Assembly: GCF_001194135.2 (NCBI RefSeq) | Contig: NC_069000.1 | Coordinates: 36,589,668-36,640,324 of the forward strand | DNA length: 50,657 bases | From: Octopus bimaculoides | Lineage: Eukaryota | Direction: 5' to 3' | Shown: positions 35,561 to 47,818 of the stretch, piece after piece | How positions within the stretch are numbered: position 1 is the first letter of the stretch | Layout of the letters: every line of letters begins with the position of its first letter | The notes under the pieces: generated by a model | What the model was told of the DNA's origin: nothing | Seen by the model: the letters and a program-made list of their open reading frames with translations, nothing else | The model's database searches: none | Made by a program: the position numbers and the translations under genes

Positions 35561-35950
35561 GTGGAGGCGCAATGGCCCAGTGGTTAGGGCAGCAGACTCG
35601 CGGTCATAGGATTGCGGTTTCGATTCCCAGACCGGGCGTTGTGAGTGTTTATTGAGCGAAAACACCTAAAAGCTCCACGAGACTCCGGCAGGGGATGTGG
35701 CGAACCCTGCTGTACTCTTTCACCACAACTTTCTCTCGCTCTTACTTCCTGTTTCTGTTGTGCCTGTAATTCAAAGGGTCAGCCTTGTCACACTGTGTCA
35801 CGCTGAATATCCCCCGAGAACTACGTTAAGGGTACACGTGTCTGTGGAGTGCTCAGCCACTTGCACGTTAATTTCACAAGCAGGCTGTTCCGTTGATCGG
35901 ATCAACTGGAACCCTCGACGTCGTAAGCGACAGAGTGCCAACAAAAAAAA
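35561..35950 (+). mobile_element. Full-length tRNA-derived SINE family D with an 11-bp TSD and A-rich tail
   Basis: TSD ACATGGATTGA at 35550-35560 and 35951-35961; A box TGGCCCAGTGG; B box GTTTCGATTCC; many retained CpGs. Confidence 0.85.
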
Positions 35951-37386
35951 ACATGGATTGAACAAATTTTCTCCAGCACAGAGCCTTGCCATTTGTTGCA
36001 GTCCCTTATTGTTGTCTCCATGAAATTCAGTTTCCTAAGATCAACTTTTGCCACACCTCATGGCTTCTTCAGCAGGTTTCCTTCACTAAAATTGCTAAGC
36101 CTTTCTTCACGCAATGGTTATTGTTCGTGTATATCGTATGTGCATACCAGCACAGCTCCATCATTCATTACACATTAACATTACACGTTTAGCAGAGTAC
36201 ACTTGCTCTTTTCTTCTTTTTCTTTTTGTGCTGTGGGCTTTGTTCCAAATTTTAAAGACCATTTATGTGTATGGTGGCACTTTGAGTAAGTGTCTTCTAC
36301 TATGACCCCAGACCAACAGAACCTTGTGAGAAGATTTGGTAGACAGGAACTGAAAGAAGTTCATCGTTGTATGTTTATACAGAAGTGCCTTGATGTACAA
36401 GTTAATTTGTTTCTGGAGACTGCTCATAAAGCAGAACAATAATTTCCCATAGTAGCAATGTTATAAATCGTAATTTGTTCCCAGAAAAATATTTTACCTA
36501 TGAAATTTATAATACTTGTGAATAAATGGCAATAAAACAATTGTAGAATGTAAAGAGTATTTTATGTAAATTAAAAAGAATGTCAAGATCATTTATAATG
36601 CAAAACATTATTATAATCGTTTTCTGAATCACTTTCACTCACACTAGACTCGTACACACCATCTTTTGTAGATTTCTCTCAAAAAAAAAAAAAGAAGTCC
36701 AGAGTTGTTTGCTTAGAAGAAGCTTCTTTTTCGCTCTCTATAAATTTCTTGGTAACACGCTGAAACACTTGTTATGGTAGTAGAAACTTTTGCACTTTGT
36801 TCAAAATTTGGATCTTGTACTTGAAATATTTCTTATAAAATAAAACTTGTAAACCCAGGGTCTCGTGAAGCAGGTTCTCCTGAAGTGAGGTAATACTGTA
36901 TGTATGTACATATGCACATGCACACACACACATACACACAGGACACTGAAGCTGTGAAATAAGTGGAGGGCAGAGGCATCTCAGTTCTTTGTCATCTCAA
37001 GAAATATGGTGGCAAAAGAGTTTTTAAAAAATGTTTAGATAATATGTAAATATTTTGAATATTCTTTCACATTATGTTGAATGGTATTTCAAATCTCAGG
37101 TCAACGAACTCTACCTCTTTATCAGTTTTGTTACTGTTCAGCATGTAAATATTGCAATAGTAGAACTTCTCTGAATGCTACAGAGCTAGTAAAATTGTTA
37201 GCGTACCAGGCAAAACATCTTAGCAGCATTTCATCCATCTTCATGTTCTGAGTTCAAATTTGGTCAAGGTTGACTTTGCTTTTCATCATTTCAGGGTCAG
37301 TAAAATAAGTACCAGTTGAGTACTGGGGTCAATATAATCAACTATCCCTCCCCCGAAAATGCTGGCCCTGTGCCAAAATTTGAAAC

Positions 37387-37426
<40 letters not shown>

Positions 37427-37639
37427 GAATGAGAGAGCAGTGCATGCCACCAAAGTGACACTGGGATAAAATATACGAAGCCCAGTACACCCATCATGAC
37501 TACCCGTCTGACCTTGCAGGTGGGGCCCAGTTAGATAAAAATCTTTTTGGGTCAGTTCTAAACAATTTGTTTTGCCAGTATTGCTGAATCCATTGTTCAA
37601 ACCTAATTAGCAAAGCTAACTAGGTTTGAACAACGGATA

Positions 37640-37685
<46 letters not shown>

Positions 37686-37747
37686 CCATCACCACCACCA
37701 CCATCACCATCATCATCATCATCATCATCATCATTATTATTATTATT
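37640..37747 (+). repeat. Compound triplet repeat (CGTCAT)n-(CAC)n-(CAT)n-(TAT)n
   Basis: Read directly from the sequence. Confidence 0.95.
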
Positions 37748-37772
37748 AAATCATTTTTCTTATATTTCACAG

Positions 37773-37856
37773 CTGAAGAAATTCATTGTTTAAGGCAAGA
37801 ATTGGATGATATTAAATCTCAGCGGGATCGTTTGACAGATTTAATAAAAACTGCTG
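37773..37856 (+). CDS. USF3: USF3-like exon: leucine zipper/coiled coil (TEEIHCLRQELDDIKSQRDRLTDLIKTAG)
   Basis: Acceptor TTTCACAG| and donor G|GTAAGT; 84 nt, phase 1 to 1. Heptad a/d pattern I..L...L..I...R..L...I; resembles recalled human AEEIKKLRKQLEEIQKENGRYIELLKAN. Confidence 0.88.
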
Positions 37857-37989
37857 GTAAGTTTTCCTTTATAGCAGAGGAATATTTTATTGTTACATAA
37901 AAATGCACACTTGCCTACCCGTCTAACTTTTTCTGTTCCATTATCCCTGTTGTCTTTCTCCTATTCACCTTGTACCTTGACCTCACCCC

Positions 37990-37992
<3 letters not shown>

Positions 37993-38070
<78 letters not shown>
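37993..38070 (+). repeat. (CT)n microsatellite; many other (TA)n, (TG)n, (AAT)n and (CAT)n tracts occur in the window
   Basis: Read directly from the sequence. Confidence 0.95.
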
Positions 38071-38075
<5 letters not shown>

Positions 38076-38694
38076 GACTGACTGAGCCATGTACTCACCT
38101 CTTATGCAAGACACCTGATCCTGACCTTCTATCATACTTTCATATCCCTCAGCACTATTGTTAAGCAATGAAGATAATTAAGCAGATAGTGTGAGCCTTT
38201 ATAGTATTATCCATTACACTGTGTAACACAATTTTTGTTCTTGGACAGTAACTGTTATTTACTATTTGCTTACCCCTAGAAAGTATGAAAAATGGCTAAT
38301 ATTTCCTTCAAACTTTGCTCTTGCTTCATTTATTCAAACAATAGTATCAGTCAACAAGGTACGCTGTTAGGACCAGTCCCGCAGAGACAACAAAATACTT
38401 CGTCATAATGCGGGACATAAGTGGCAATGAGGATTTGTAGCTCACACAGCCACTGATATGTAGTAGCGGGACAGATCAATATATTTTCTGTAAATTCTGG
38501 AAAGTTCTAAACTTTAATGACTATTAAAAGATGTTTGAAAGTAATTTATATGTTATATCTATCCAAGAGTATATTTTTAGCTATATGTCACAAGCCTTTC
38601 TTGCGCCTATTTTATAAAAAGTTTTCATTCAGAAAACAAAATCATAAGATATGTTCTATTTTTATACTGTAAACCTTCACAACTTAATCTTCAT

Positions 38695-39140
38695 CATCAT
38701 CAACATCAGCATTTCATGCTCATTTTCCATGTTGGCATGGGTTGGGCGGTTTGACAGGACCTGGCAAGGCCAGGGGGAACACCAGGTTCCATAGTCTGAT
38801 TTGGCTTGGTTTCCACAGTTGGATGCTCTTCTTAATGCCAACTACTTTACAAAGAGTACTGGGTACTTTTTACATGGTACCTTGGTTTTAGGGTCTCAAT
38901 TCTATTGTGGAGGGTGGGTCTTCTTGAGTACAGCAATGCACCACATATTTCAATCCTCTGTCATCTTTGTAACGTTCAGCATTTTGAGATTGGCCTTCAG
39001 TACTTCGTCCCATGTCTTCTTGGGTCTCCCTCTTCCACAGCTTCCCTCCACTTTAAGTGATTGGCACTTCTTTAAGCATCTGCCCTCATCCATCCACATC
39101 ACATGATTAAACCAGTCTCCTCTCTTGCTCTTGATAGTGT
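38695..39140 (-). mobile_element. 3' end of an RTE LINE, including its 3' UTR and (GAT)n-like tail
   Basis: WFNHVMWMDE...GSCGRGRPKKTWDEVLK is a typical RTE C-terminus; its 3' UTR resembles SINE family A. Confidence 0.85.
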
Positions 39141-39144
39141 TATA

Positions 39145-39316
39145 ATTTCCCTGCGCAGGATTGGCTGTGTGGTAAGTAGCTTGCTGACCAACCACATGGT
39201 TCTGGGTTCATTCCCACTGCGTGGCACATTGGGCAAGTGTCTTCTACTATAGTCTCGGGCCGACCAAAGCCTTGTGAATGGATTTGGTAGACGGAAACTG
39301 AAAGAAGCCTGTCGTA

Positions 39317-39351
<35 letters not shown>

Positions 39352-39565
39352 GTTTGTGTGTCTGTGTTTGTCCCCACAACATGGCTTGACAACCGATGGT
39401 GGTGTGTTTACGTCCCCGTAACTTAGCGGTTCGGCAAAAGTGACCGATAGAATAAGTACTAGGCTTACAAAGAATAAGTCCTGGGGTCGATTTGCTCGAC
39501 TGAAGGCGGTGCTCCTGCATGGCCGCAGTCAAATGACCGAAACAAGTAAAAGAGTAAAGAGAGTA
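39145..39565 (+). mobile_element. Full-length, young tRNA-derived SINE family B
   Basis: A box TGGCTGTGTGG, B box GGTTCATTCCC, internal (TA)n(TG)n, tail GTAAAAGAG repeats; CpGs retained. Confidence 0.85.
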
Positions 39566-39745
39566 TGATATTTCTGTAATGACTTATTACACTTGTTTTT
39601 AAACTGTTTTTGGTATGTTATAACAAAAGAAGTATTACACCTGGTTTTTTTTTCCATTCAGAATACCTGAATTTATTTCTAATCTTGTTCACATTATTTA
39701 ACATAAGTATTTTTTTTAATCTTTGTTTCAAATTTATTTCACCAG

Positions 39746-42700
39746 GTATCTCATCTCTACTGAACTCCTCGTGGAAAGGTAGAAAGGTGGACAGCACTTC
39801 TAATTCTTCAGATAGCAGACCTGAATCAGCAGATACGACCTCAAATGTCCTGCAAGCATCGTCGAAAAAAGATAAAGACACAGAGGGCGCCACTAAAAGC
39901 TCTAAATCCAAAAGACATAACACAATACATTCTCAACTTGAGAGTATAGCTAACAAAAAGCAGATAGCCAAGTTGGCACAAGAAACCATTACAAAAATGA
40001 ATTCTGGAAGTATTCTTATGCCAAGCCTTAATAATTTTAATGGCATGCAAACAACTAATATCTTACCTGCTGGAATTAATCAGCAACAGATATTTGCAGC
40101 TACTCCTAATTTGTTAAATACTTCTCTTTCAAATGCCATTCTTGCCTCGAATGCACAAGGGCAAGTTATTTTCAGCAATGCAAATTCTGCTGGTAGTTTT
40201 GTCAATTTACAAGGATCTTCTACACAGCCAAGTGTTGCCTTTGTTTCACCATCATCTAATCTTCTTGCAAATAATTCCGAGAAAGGAAACAGTGATGGCT
40301 CTGGACTATTACAGATTGCAATGAGAGATGCGGGTATTACTTCAGTCACTCAGTCATTTATAACACCTCCCCAATTGCCCCAGATTACATCTCAGGCACA
40401 ACAAGCTATGATTAGCTCCATAGCAAGTACAAATGCTGAAACTATGATTTCTGCCGATTCTTCGCAAGGACAACAACCAACACCCCAGCAGACTCTAGCT
40501 TCAGTAGTTTCAAATAACCAGTGTATAAACACTGGTTTTATGAACAATTCGTTTTTCAGTGGAAATAATTGTTTCCAGCAGGGTTCAAACACAATTACCA
40601 ACACAACCCAAGCTATAAATACACAGGTACCAATCATGTCGATTGGACAGTCGAATTATAACCAAATTCTACAAAATGGTAATGCACTAATAAACGTGCC
40701 AATTATGAATGCTACCAACCAGTCGTTACCTGTTGGTGGTGCTCTGCCAGGGATTGGAGGGATACAAGGTCTTCAAACAGGTCAAGGACAGATCGTTTTA
40801 GTCAATGACCATAGTGGACTTTCTTTGATGCCCAACTATCAAATGGTCGTTGACCCAACAACTTTAACGTTAACAAATAACTCACGGCAGTTTTCTAATG
40901 ATAAAGTTGCTACCCAGAAACTGGGCCATGCAGTGGATCAAACAAAGATGGCATTGACTAATGTGATAAACAACACAGAAGTAATAAATCATGCAGCTAC
41001 CCTTCCTGTTCAAAACCAACAACAGGCACCACAGCAAGGCATTACTCTTCAAAATACCATCAACGCTCAGGCATTGGCTTCCAATCCGGCTCCAGCAATG
41101 CAGCAGCTAGCATTTCAGCCTGCTCAGCAGACAATATCGCTAGGTGCAACAAATTCTGTGATTCAACAGGCACAAATGAACAATCAGTTGAGTGCTCAGC
41201 AGCAACAAATGCTGTCAACTCCTTATGCAAGTGCAAATACTAACTTTTTAAATCCCAATCCAGGTCTTGTCTTGCCTGTTAGTCAAAATGGAAATTTGCT
41301 TACTCTCAATACAGTTCCCAGTCAACCAAATCAGTTACCAACAGCACTTATTTTACCCAACGGACACATCATTCCTGTGGTTACACAGCCACAGGTTTTA
41401 TTACAGCAGCAATTACAACAACAACAAATCCAACAGCAATTGTTGAATGCTAATTGTCATCTCCAAGCTGCTGTTGCTGCTCAAACCCAAACTATACATC
41501 CATCACAAATTCCTGCTAAACTAGCAGTTGTTGGAAATTTGGGTAACAATAATATACCGATTATTGACTCTAATTTGACTACTATACTAAACCCTCCGAA
41601 TGTGCAGTGTCAGAACCAGTCTGCCCTTGTTCAGAGTCAACAAAAGCCTCCAATGGGTCTCCTCATGACAACAACCATATCGAACTTCCCAGTGTCTAAT
41701 GCTGCTACCACTGTGGCTTCCATCAACAATAATATGGTTACAACGTCGGCCACACAAAGTGTCATGACAACTCAAGTGCAAGCATCTCAAATGCATCGGC
41801 CAACGAGTGCTCCTGCATTTGTGAAAAGGTCCGAAACGCAAACATCTGATTCAAAAGGTGTGGTGATGTCCACTACAACAGGTTCGTTAATGCAGTTTAG
41901 AACATCGAATACCTCCACACCTGATAACAGCATACTTCTTGGGAATGTGTCTCAGACTAATTTGCAGACAGCCGTGGGAACAGTGCCTTCGCAGACTGAC
42001 TCTTCTGTAACTTCATCTTTGCCAACAAATCTTCAAAGTTCTTTACCAGTGAATCAGTCAGGACAAGCTAACGGACCAAACGGGACTATTCTAATTACAT
42101 TTGGTCCACCTGGTGGACAGCAGACGTGTTGTATTTTAAACTCTAATTCTATGCAAGGACTTGGAAATATCTCAAATCAGCAACCTTCTCTGCCAGCAAT
42201 TTCCACCATTCCAACTACGATATCTTCAACTAATCCTACAGTTTCGAGTAAGAAGAATAACAAAAAAAATTCTCAGAGAACAATTGTACCCAAACCCCCT
42301 AAAGCCAATCAAACAAATCCATTACCTTCTGTGTGTTCCATGAATAGTTCCAACTCGGTAAGTTCTACACAGGTTTCTGTGTCTTCAACTCTCTGGAACA
42401 CCCCTTCACTGAGCTCCGATCAAGAAGCTTCTAGTACAACTATGCAAAATGTAGTCAGCACAAACGATATTTGTGTGTCTACTACTGCTGAATCAACAAT
42501 TATACAATCACCTTCAACTTCTAATACTTCAGAAAATACTGGTACCACTGATATTCTGGCAAAAGCTGCAGAGTCCATATTTTCTTCTTCTTTACAAGAC
42601 ATATCTCCTCCAATAAGTAGTTTTTATAATCCGGCTAATGAAGATAATCCTCTGCATATAGACACGAGTGCTGGAGAGACTGAAGATGATTGTAGTGCAC

Positions 42701-45700
42701 AATCACCTTCGAAAGAAAGTTGTGATAGCGATCATATTCCAACATCAAGCCGAATAGAGATGGAGGCTGAAACTCAAAGTACACATTCTCTGGATAATGC
42801 ATGTAGTAACTTGACTGTGTCATCTCCATCTACATCAACATTTTTCAAAGAATCAGATATATGTGAATCTATTGGGGCAGTAAGCAAGCGTGGTCAATTA
42901 AAATCTAAGATTATTGAACCAGAAAGAGAGAAAATGAAAAAAGATTTCAAAAAATTACCTGATAGCAAAAAACTAACAAAAAAGCCAGTTTCTATAGCTA
43001 TATCTGAAGCTATTAATTTCGCTTCAAACCAGTTTCCTGGTGTACTCGAACAAGTTGAATCAGAGAAGAAAAAGCAAAAAGCTCTTAACAAAGAACTTGT
43101 CAAAAAAACTTTAAAAGTGCCTGTTAAAAAGCAAACTCCATCAGTTGACATTCCTGATGAAATTGTTTTTACGGAAAGTGAGATAAGTGATGTATTAGAC
43201 CAGGTAGAAAACTTAAGGAATACCTGGGCCAATGAAAACGATCAAAAAAAGAACAAGAAGCGCAAAGGTAAATCAAACTGCACTGATTTGGATTCTGATC
43301 ATTTGGTTATGAACAAAAAGAAAAAGCCTCAAATTAAAGAATCATTAATTGAAGTTGAAGAAATTAAAATAAACTCTTCCGTCTGTGAAAGTTCAATGAA
43401 TGCAGAAGAGAACCCTTCTGAACTGCTCTCTCCAGATTCTACTACAGTTACTAAAACGGTGTCAAATTACACACCTTCCAGTACTGATGAATCTCCTTCT
43501 GGCTCTAATGGAGAAAATACATGCGAAAAGAGTGTCAATTATGACCCATATGACATAACTCTAGCTTTGGAGGAATCAGAACCAATCAAATCATTCAGAG
43601 CTATTGATTCCTCTAAAACGTTTTGCCAACCAAATAGCTCTCAGGTTGTTGCATCTTATCCTGGAAAGATGATTGATAAAACGCAGTCATCTCCAACCGA
43701 AATAGCCTGTTCGACATCTATTCACTCACACAACCAGAGCAATAGGCTTAGCAGCCGACTATCTCCTACAAGTACAGGTGCTACCAGCAGTAACTGTATA
43801 AGCAGTAACAATGGCAACAGCAAGAACAACCGCTCACGATCAAATTCTATTATTGATCAGCAGAAGTCACTTCAGCTAGCCTGTAATTCTCAACCTACAT
43901 CAAATGAAGACAACATTTTGCCAAAAAACACCTATTCAAACAGGCAGTTAACTGCTGGTTCGCAGAGTGTTTCTGTCGGTTCTATGTCCTTACCTCGATC
44001 CCAGCAACACTCTTACAGCAGGCAATCTCAGCATATAGCACAACCTAGTTTATCTCCTGTGTCTATGCCTTCTCCAATATCAAATATATCCACAGCGGTT
44101 GAACCGGAAACCAATTCTTCGGTTAGCCAGAACGTTATTAGCAATTCATCTGCTCAAATTGCTTCCCCTTGCACTTCAGAACAAAACAATTACTCCTCAC
44201 CAAATTCTTTGAGGTATTCTGCTGAATCACTGTTTAACACGTCAACCAAATTAAATACAGCACAACCAAAATCTCACCCACAGCCCCTCAACCAAACTCT
44301 AATTCCTCAAGATTCAAGCAATATTATTTCTAATAGCATTGCAGGTGACGCAGTGTCAGTTGCAGGAACTCTTCCATCATCAAAGTCACGCAACTTAAGC
44401 ATTTATTCTGCTGAGAATTTTGTACATTCAGGCAGAAATGATAATTCCCGGGTTGACAAAACCAGTTATTCCTCTGGAAGTGCTTTTTCTTCTAACAATA
44501 CGCATCATATTGCTACCAGTGAAAGTGACGCTTTGAACTTTGCCAACCTCGGTTTGACTTTGACTCCAACTGTTCCATCGAACACCTTCACAGACAGCTC
44601 AGTTTGTAACTCGTCGACATCTTTCACTTTCTCTTTACCAAACTCCAACAACACTAGTTTGTTTCCTTCCCATCATTTCCCTTTCCTGCATTTGCATTCA
44701 CTAGTCACACCTCAGCTTTTACATGGCGAAAACAATGACAGCAGCAGCAACCAGCAATCACAGACGTTTGGGCTGCCGTCATTTGGTCTGAACAACCAAA
44801 AGAACAATAATGAAACAGAATCAAATATTCCGCATCAAAATACTTCTAATGAACAAAACATTATTTGTGGCTCATCAGCATCTTCCTCCACGGCATCAAG
44901 TCATTTACAATCACACAATACTTTCAATTTTGGTTTGAGTAACTCTTTAGAAACGTGTTCAATATCGAGAAGCCAGCCTTACACAGATGGCTCCAATATA
45001 TCGTTAAACACAATAAATTTGGAAAAGTCTTCGTCGAACGCCATCACACAGTCAAATGATGGTGCCAGAACTGTTTCAAACCAGAAACATTTACCAAATA
45101 TCTCACCTTTGAGCAATCGAACCCAACAATCTAGTTTGAACTCTGTCGATTGTTCTTCACAAATCACAAGTAGTGTATCAACTTATTTTTCCCCTATGAA
45201 CTACCAGTCTTTACATACACCACCTCTGCATCATCCCCCTGTAACGTCTAATGAGAATTCCCGAGCTAATATAAGTAGGTCCTTTAATGCAAATCTCCCT
45301 ACGTCAATATCTAACTTTGGGTCAAGTACTCCTGTATTTAATAGTAGATTTGACAGCAATCAGTTATTGTTTCACAGCCAAAGGGATACTGCTACTGTGT
45401 CACAAAATGTAAATATTAATCCAGAGATTAGTAAATCTACTTCTTCTCAACAGCAAAATACAGTTAGCAAAGCTGCTAAGCAACAGGCTTCTCAGCAGAC
45501 ATTGTCTCTGTCGCAGAGCCAACTGAGTCAGGGCAGCCTCTCCTCACACCAGAGCACCCCTAGTTCTATATCTGATAATAACGCCACATTAACAATCCCC
45601 CAGTCTAATCCTCCACCACAGCCATCACATGCATCACAACAGCAACAGCAACAACAACAGCAACACCAACAACAACAGCAACACCAACAACAACAACAAC

Positions 45701-46512
45701 AACCACAGCATCAACAGCAGCGCTCTACAAAACAAACTTCACGGACTAAACAGTCCCAGAGCAAAAAAAATAAGCAGTCCTTATCTGAAGTAGATTCCAA
45801 CCTGTCTCAATCAATTTTTGATCAAAATATGGCCCTTTACTTTCCTATTAACAACACATCTCCCCCACCACCCCGTACCATTCAAGGAGACACCCCAACA
45901 TTTCTTTCTAGTAATCTGTTCACTTCTTCTACAAGACAAATTCCAAATACTTCTTCGACTGTTCTGAAAAGCAGTGATATCAGTACATCTTTTAATTCCA
46001 TATTTCCACCTTCACGCTCTCAAAATGGTATTGGTTTAAATTTTCAAACAGGTTTCGGAATGAACACTGTCCATAATGGTCCTACAAATACCCCACAGAT
46101 TCCACCTCATTCCAGTGCTATGCCTAATTTACCACACGTGCCCAGTCTTGGTCTGGGGAATATTTTTTCTGACGTGAACAGTACATCTCAGAACGAAGCA
46201 CTGAATATCTCCCCGATCAAGTTCCCAACCAACTCTATTCTCCCTCCCCCTCAGGCTAGTATTGACCCCAATTCCCTACAACATCATCACCAGGGTGGTG
46301 CCCTCTACCATAACCGTAGTCACCCACCACCGCCTCCTGTTATTCACAACATGAGTATTAACAGTATCTTAAGTCACAATCCTCATGGCTTTGAACCAAG
46401 AGGCCCTGTGGCACAAGCTATCAACAGTACAGTCACGCCCTCTGGTTTCCATGGACCTAGTCATTCTTCGTTTCCCATACCACCACTAAATTTTTCTATA
46501 CATGAACACTGA
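39746..46512 (+). CDS. USF3: USF3-like giant terminal coding exon (6767 nt): S/Q/N/T-rich disordered region, K-rich segment, polyQ tract, stop TGA at 46510-46512
   Basis: Lies within the 2300-aa ORF; true acceptor TTTCACCAG| at 39745 is in phase with the previous exon. Spliced CDS is 41+127+97+84+6767 = 7116 nt = 2371 aa + stop. WKG after the zipper and motifs TDILAKAAESIF, YSAESLF and SINSILSH echo recalled USF3 motifs. Confidence 0.9.
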
Positions 46513-47187
46513 ATTATCAACAACCCCTACAACATGACTGGTAGACCTGACTTGTCGACCAGGTTGTTTCTCAGTTTTAGATATTTAAAAATACTATTTA
46601 TCTTTTTTTTTTTGTTTTGACCTGTTGCATCTCATGAAGCACAGATTTTTCAATAGTTCCTACATATTCAATTAATATATATCTAAATTAATTTATGGTT
46701 TTAAATTCATTTTCTATTGTTTCTATGATTTTTAATTATTTCTATTCATCAGAACATTCATTGCTGACTAGTTACAATATATTTTTCATGTATGTCAAAA
46801 TATGTCCGTCCACTTAACATATATTGTAGTTAAAGAAAATGCCAAAATGTCTGTTTTTTTTGTGTAAATTTTTATCTCGTTTTATTTCTGCCAATTGTTT
46901 CATCTACAATCTTCTCCTTGCATATAAACAATGGAATATTGTTCAATATTTTTAACAAAGAATTTACACGCATGCTCACACACACACACTCACCCACACA
47001 TACATACATACACAAATACACACACATTCATGTGTGTGTGCATGTATGTATGTATATATATATATAAATATAAAACGAGAGTAATGACTTTGCTAATTTC
47101 TATATGTGTGTGTGTGTGTCTGGTATGTGTGTGGTTATAGATAGAGATCTATTTTTGTTTTTTCTCTTTCTCCTTTGAAAATATTCA

Positions 47188-47193
47188 AATAAA
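47188..47193 (+). terminator. Candidate polyadenylation signal AATAAA of the USF3-like 3' UTR
   Basis: Canonical hexamer about 680 nt after the stop, followed by T-rich sequence. The UTR could be longer. Confidence 0.35.
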
Positions 47194-47547
47194 TATCGTA
47201 TTTTTATTTACTTTTCGTAAAAAAAGAAATCCATATCTCCTCTGTATGTTTGTGTGTATGTATGTACATGTGTGTGTATGTGTGCATGCGCATATGTGCA
47301 CATATCTTTACAGCCGGAATGTGTTTGTTTGACATGCATGCTAGAAATAGCAGTCAGATATCTCCACATTTATGTGAGAAAACCTTTGATTTTGGAGCTC
47401 AATAATTTGTGTATGACAAAAGAATGTGATATTTCGTGTTCACCAAAGTAAACAAACCCTGGAAACTATTTTTTAAATTAATACAAAACTCAACTGCAAG
47501 TTACATGTCATGATTAATGTGTATGTATGTGTGTGTGTGTGTGTATT

Positions 47548-47772
47548 TACAAAGGGGTGCTGAGAAGTTCCTGGCTTTGAGTAAAAGAAAATACAGAAGG
47601 ATCAATTAATTATGATTCTATTCAACGTATTCCCCTCTTAGATTCACACACTTATTGCAACAGTCCTTCAGTTTTTCTAAGCCCTGTAAAGAGATGCAGA
47701 AGGCTGGGCCTCCAATTAGGCCTTTCACGATACCCTCATAACCAAGAACTTTCAGTACCCACCTCTTGTGTA
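47548..47772. mobile_element. mariner-derived MITE
   Basis: Degenerate TIRs AGGGGTGCTGAGAAGTTCCTGG / CCAAGAACTTTCAGTACCCACCT in a TA/TG context. Confidence 0.65.
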
Positions 47773-47774
47773 TA

Positions 47775-47818
<44 letters not shown>

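Noticed and set aside
35561-35640. tRNA-like sequences (also about 33370 and 39150)
   Set aside because: A and B boxes are SINE heads; there is no complete cloverleaf or acceptor stem, and each continues into a SINE body.
39610-39745. N-terminal 45 codons of the 2300-aa ORF (TTG start)
   Set aside because: Intronic, T-rich polypyrimidine sequence; the in-phase acceptor is at 39745.
46538-46562. Short hairpin just after the USF3 stop codon
   Set aside because: Only 9 bp with a mismatch, which is expected by chance; no SECIS-like features.
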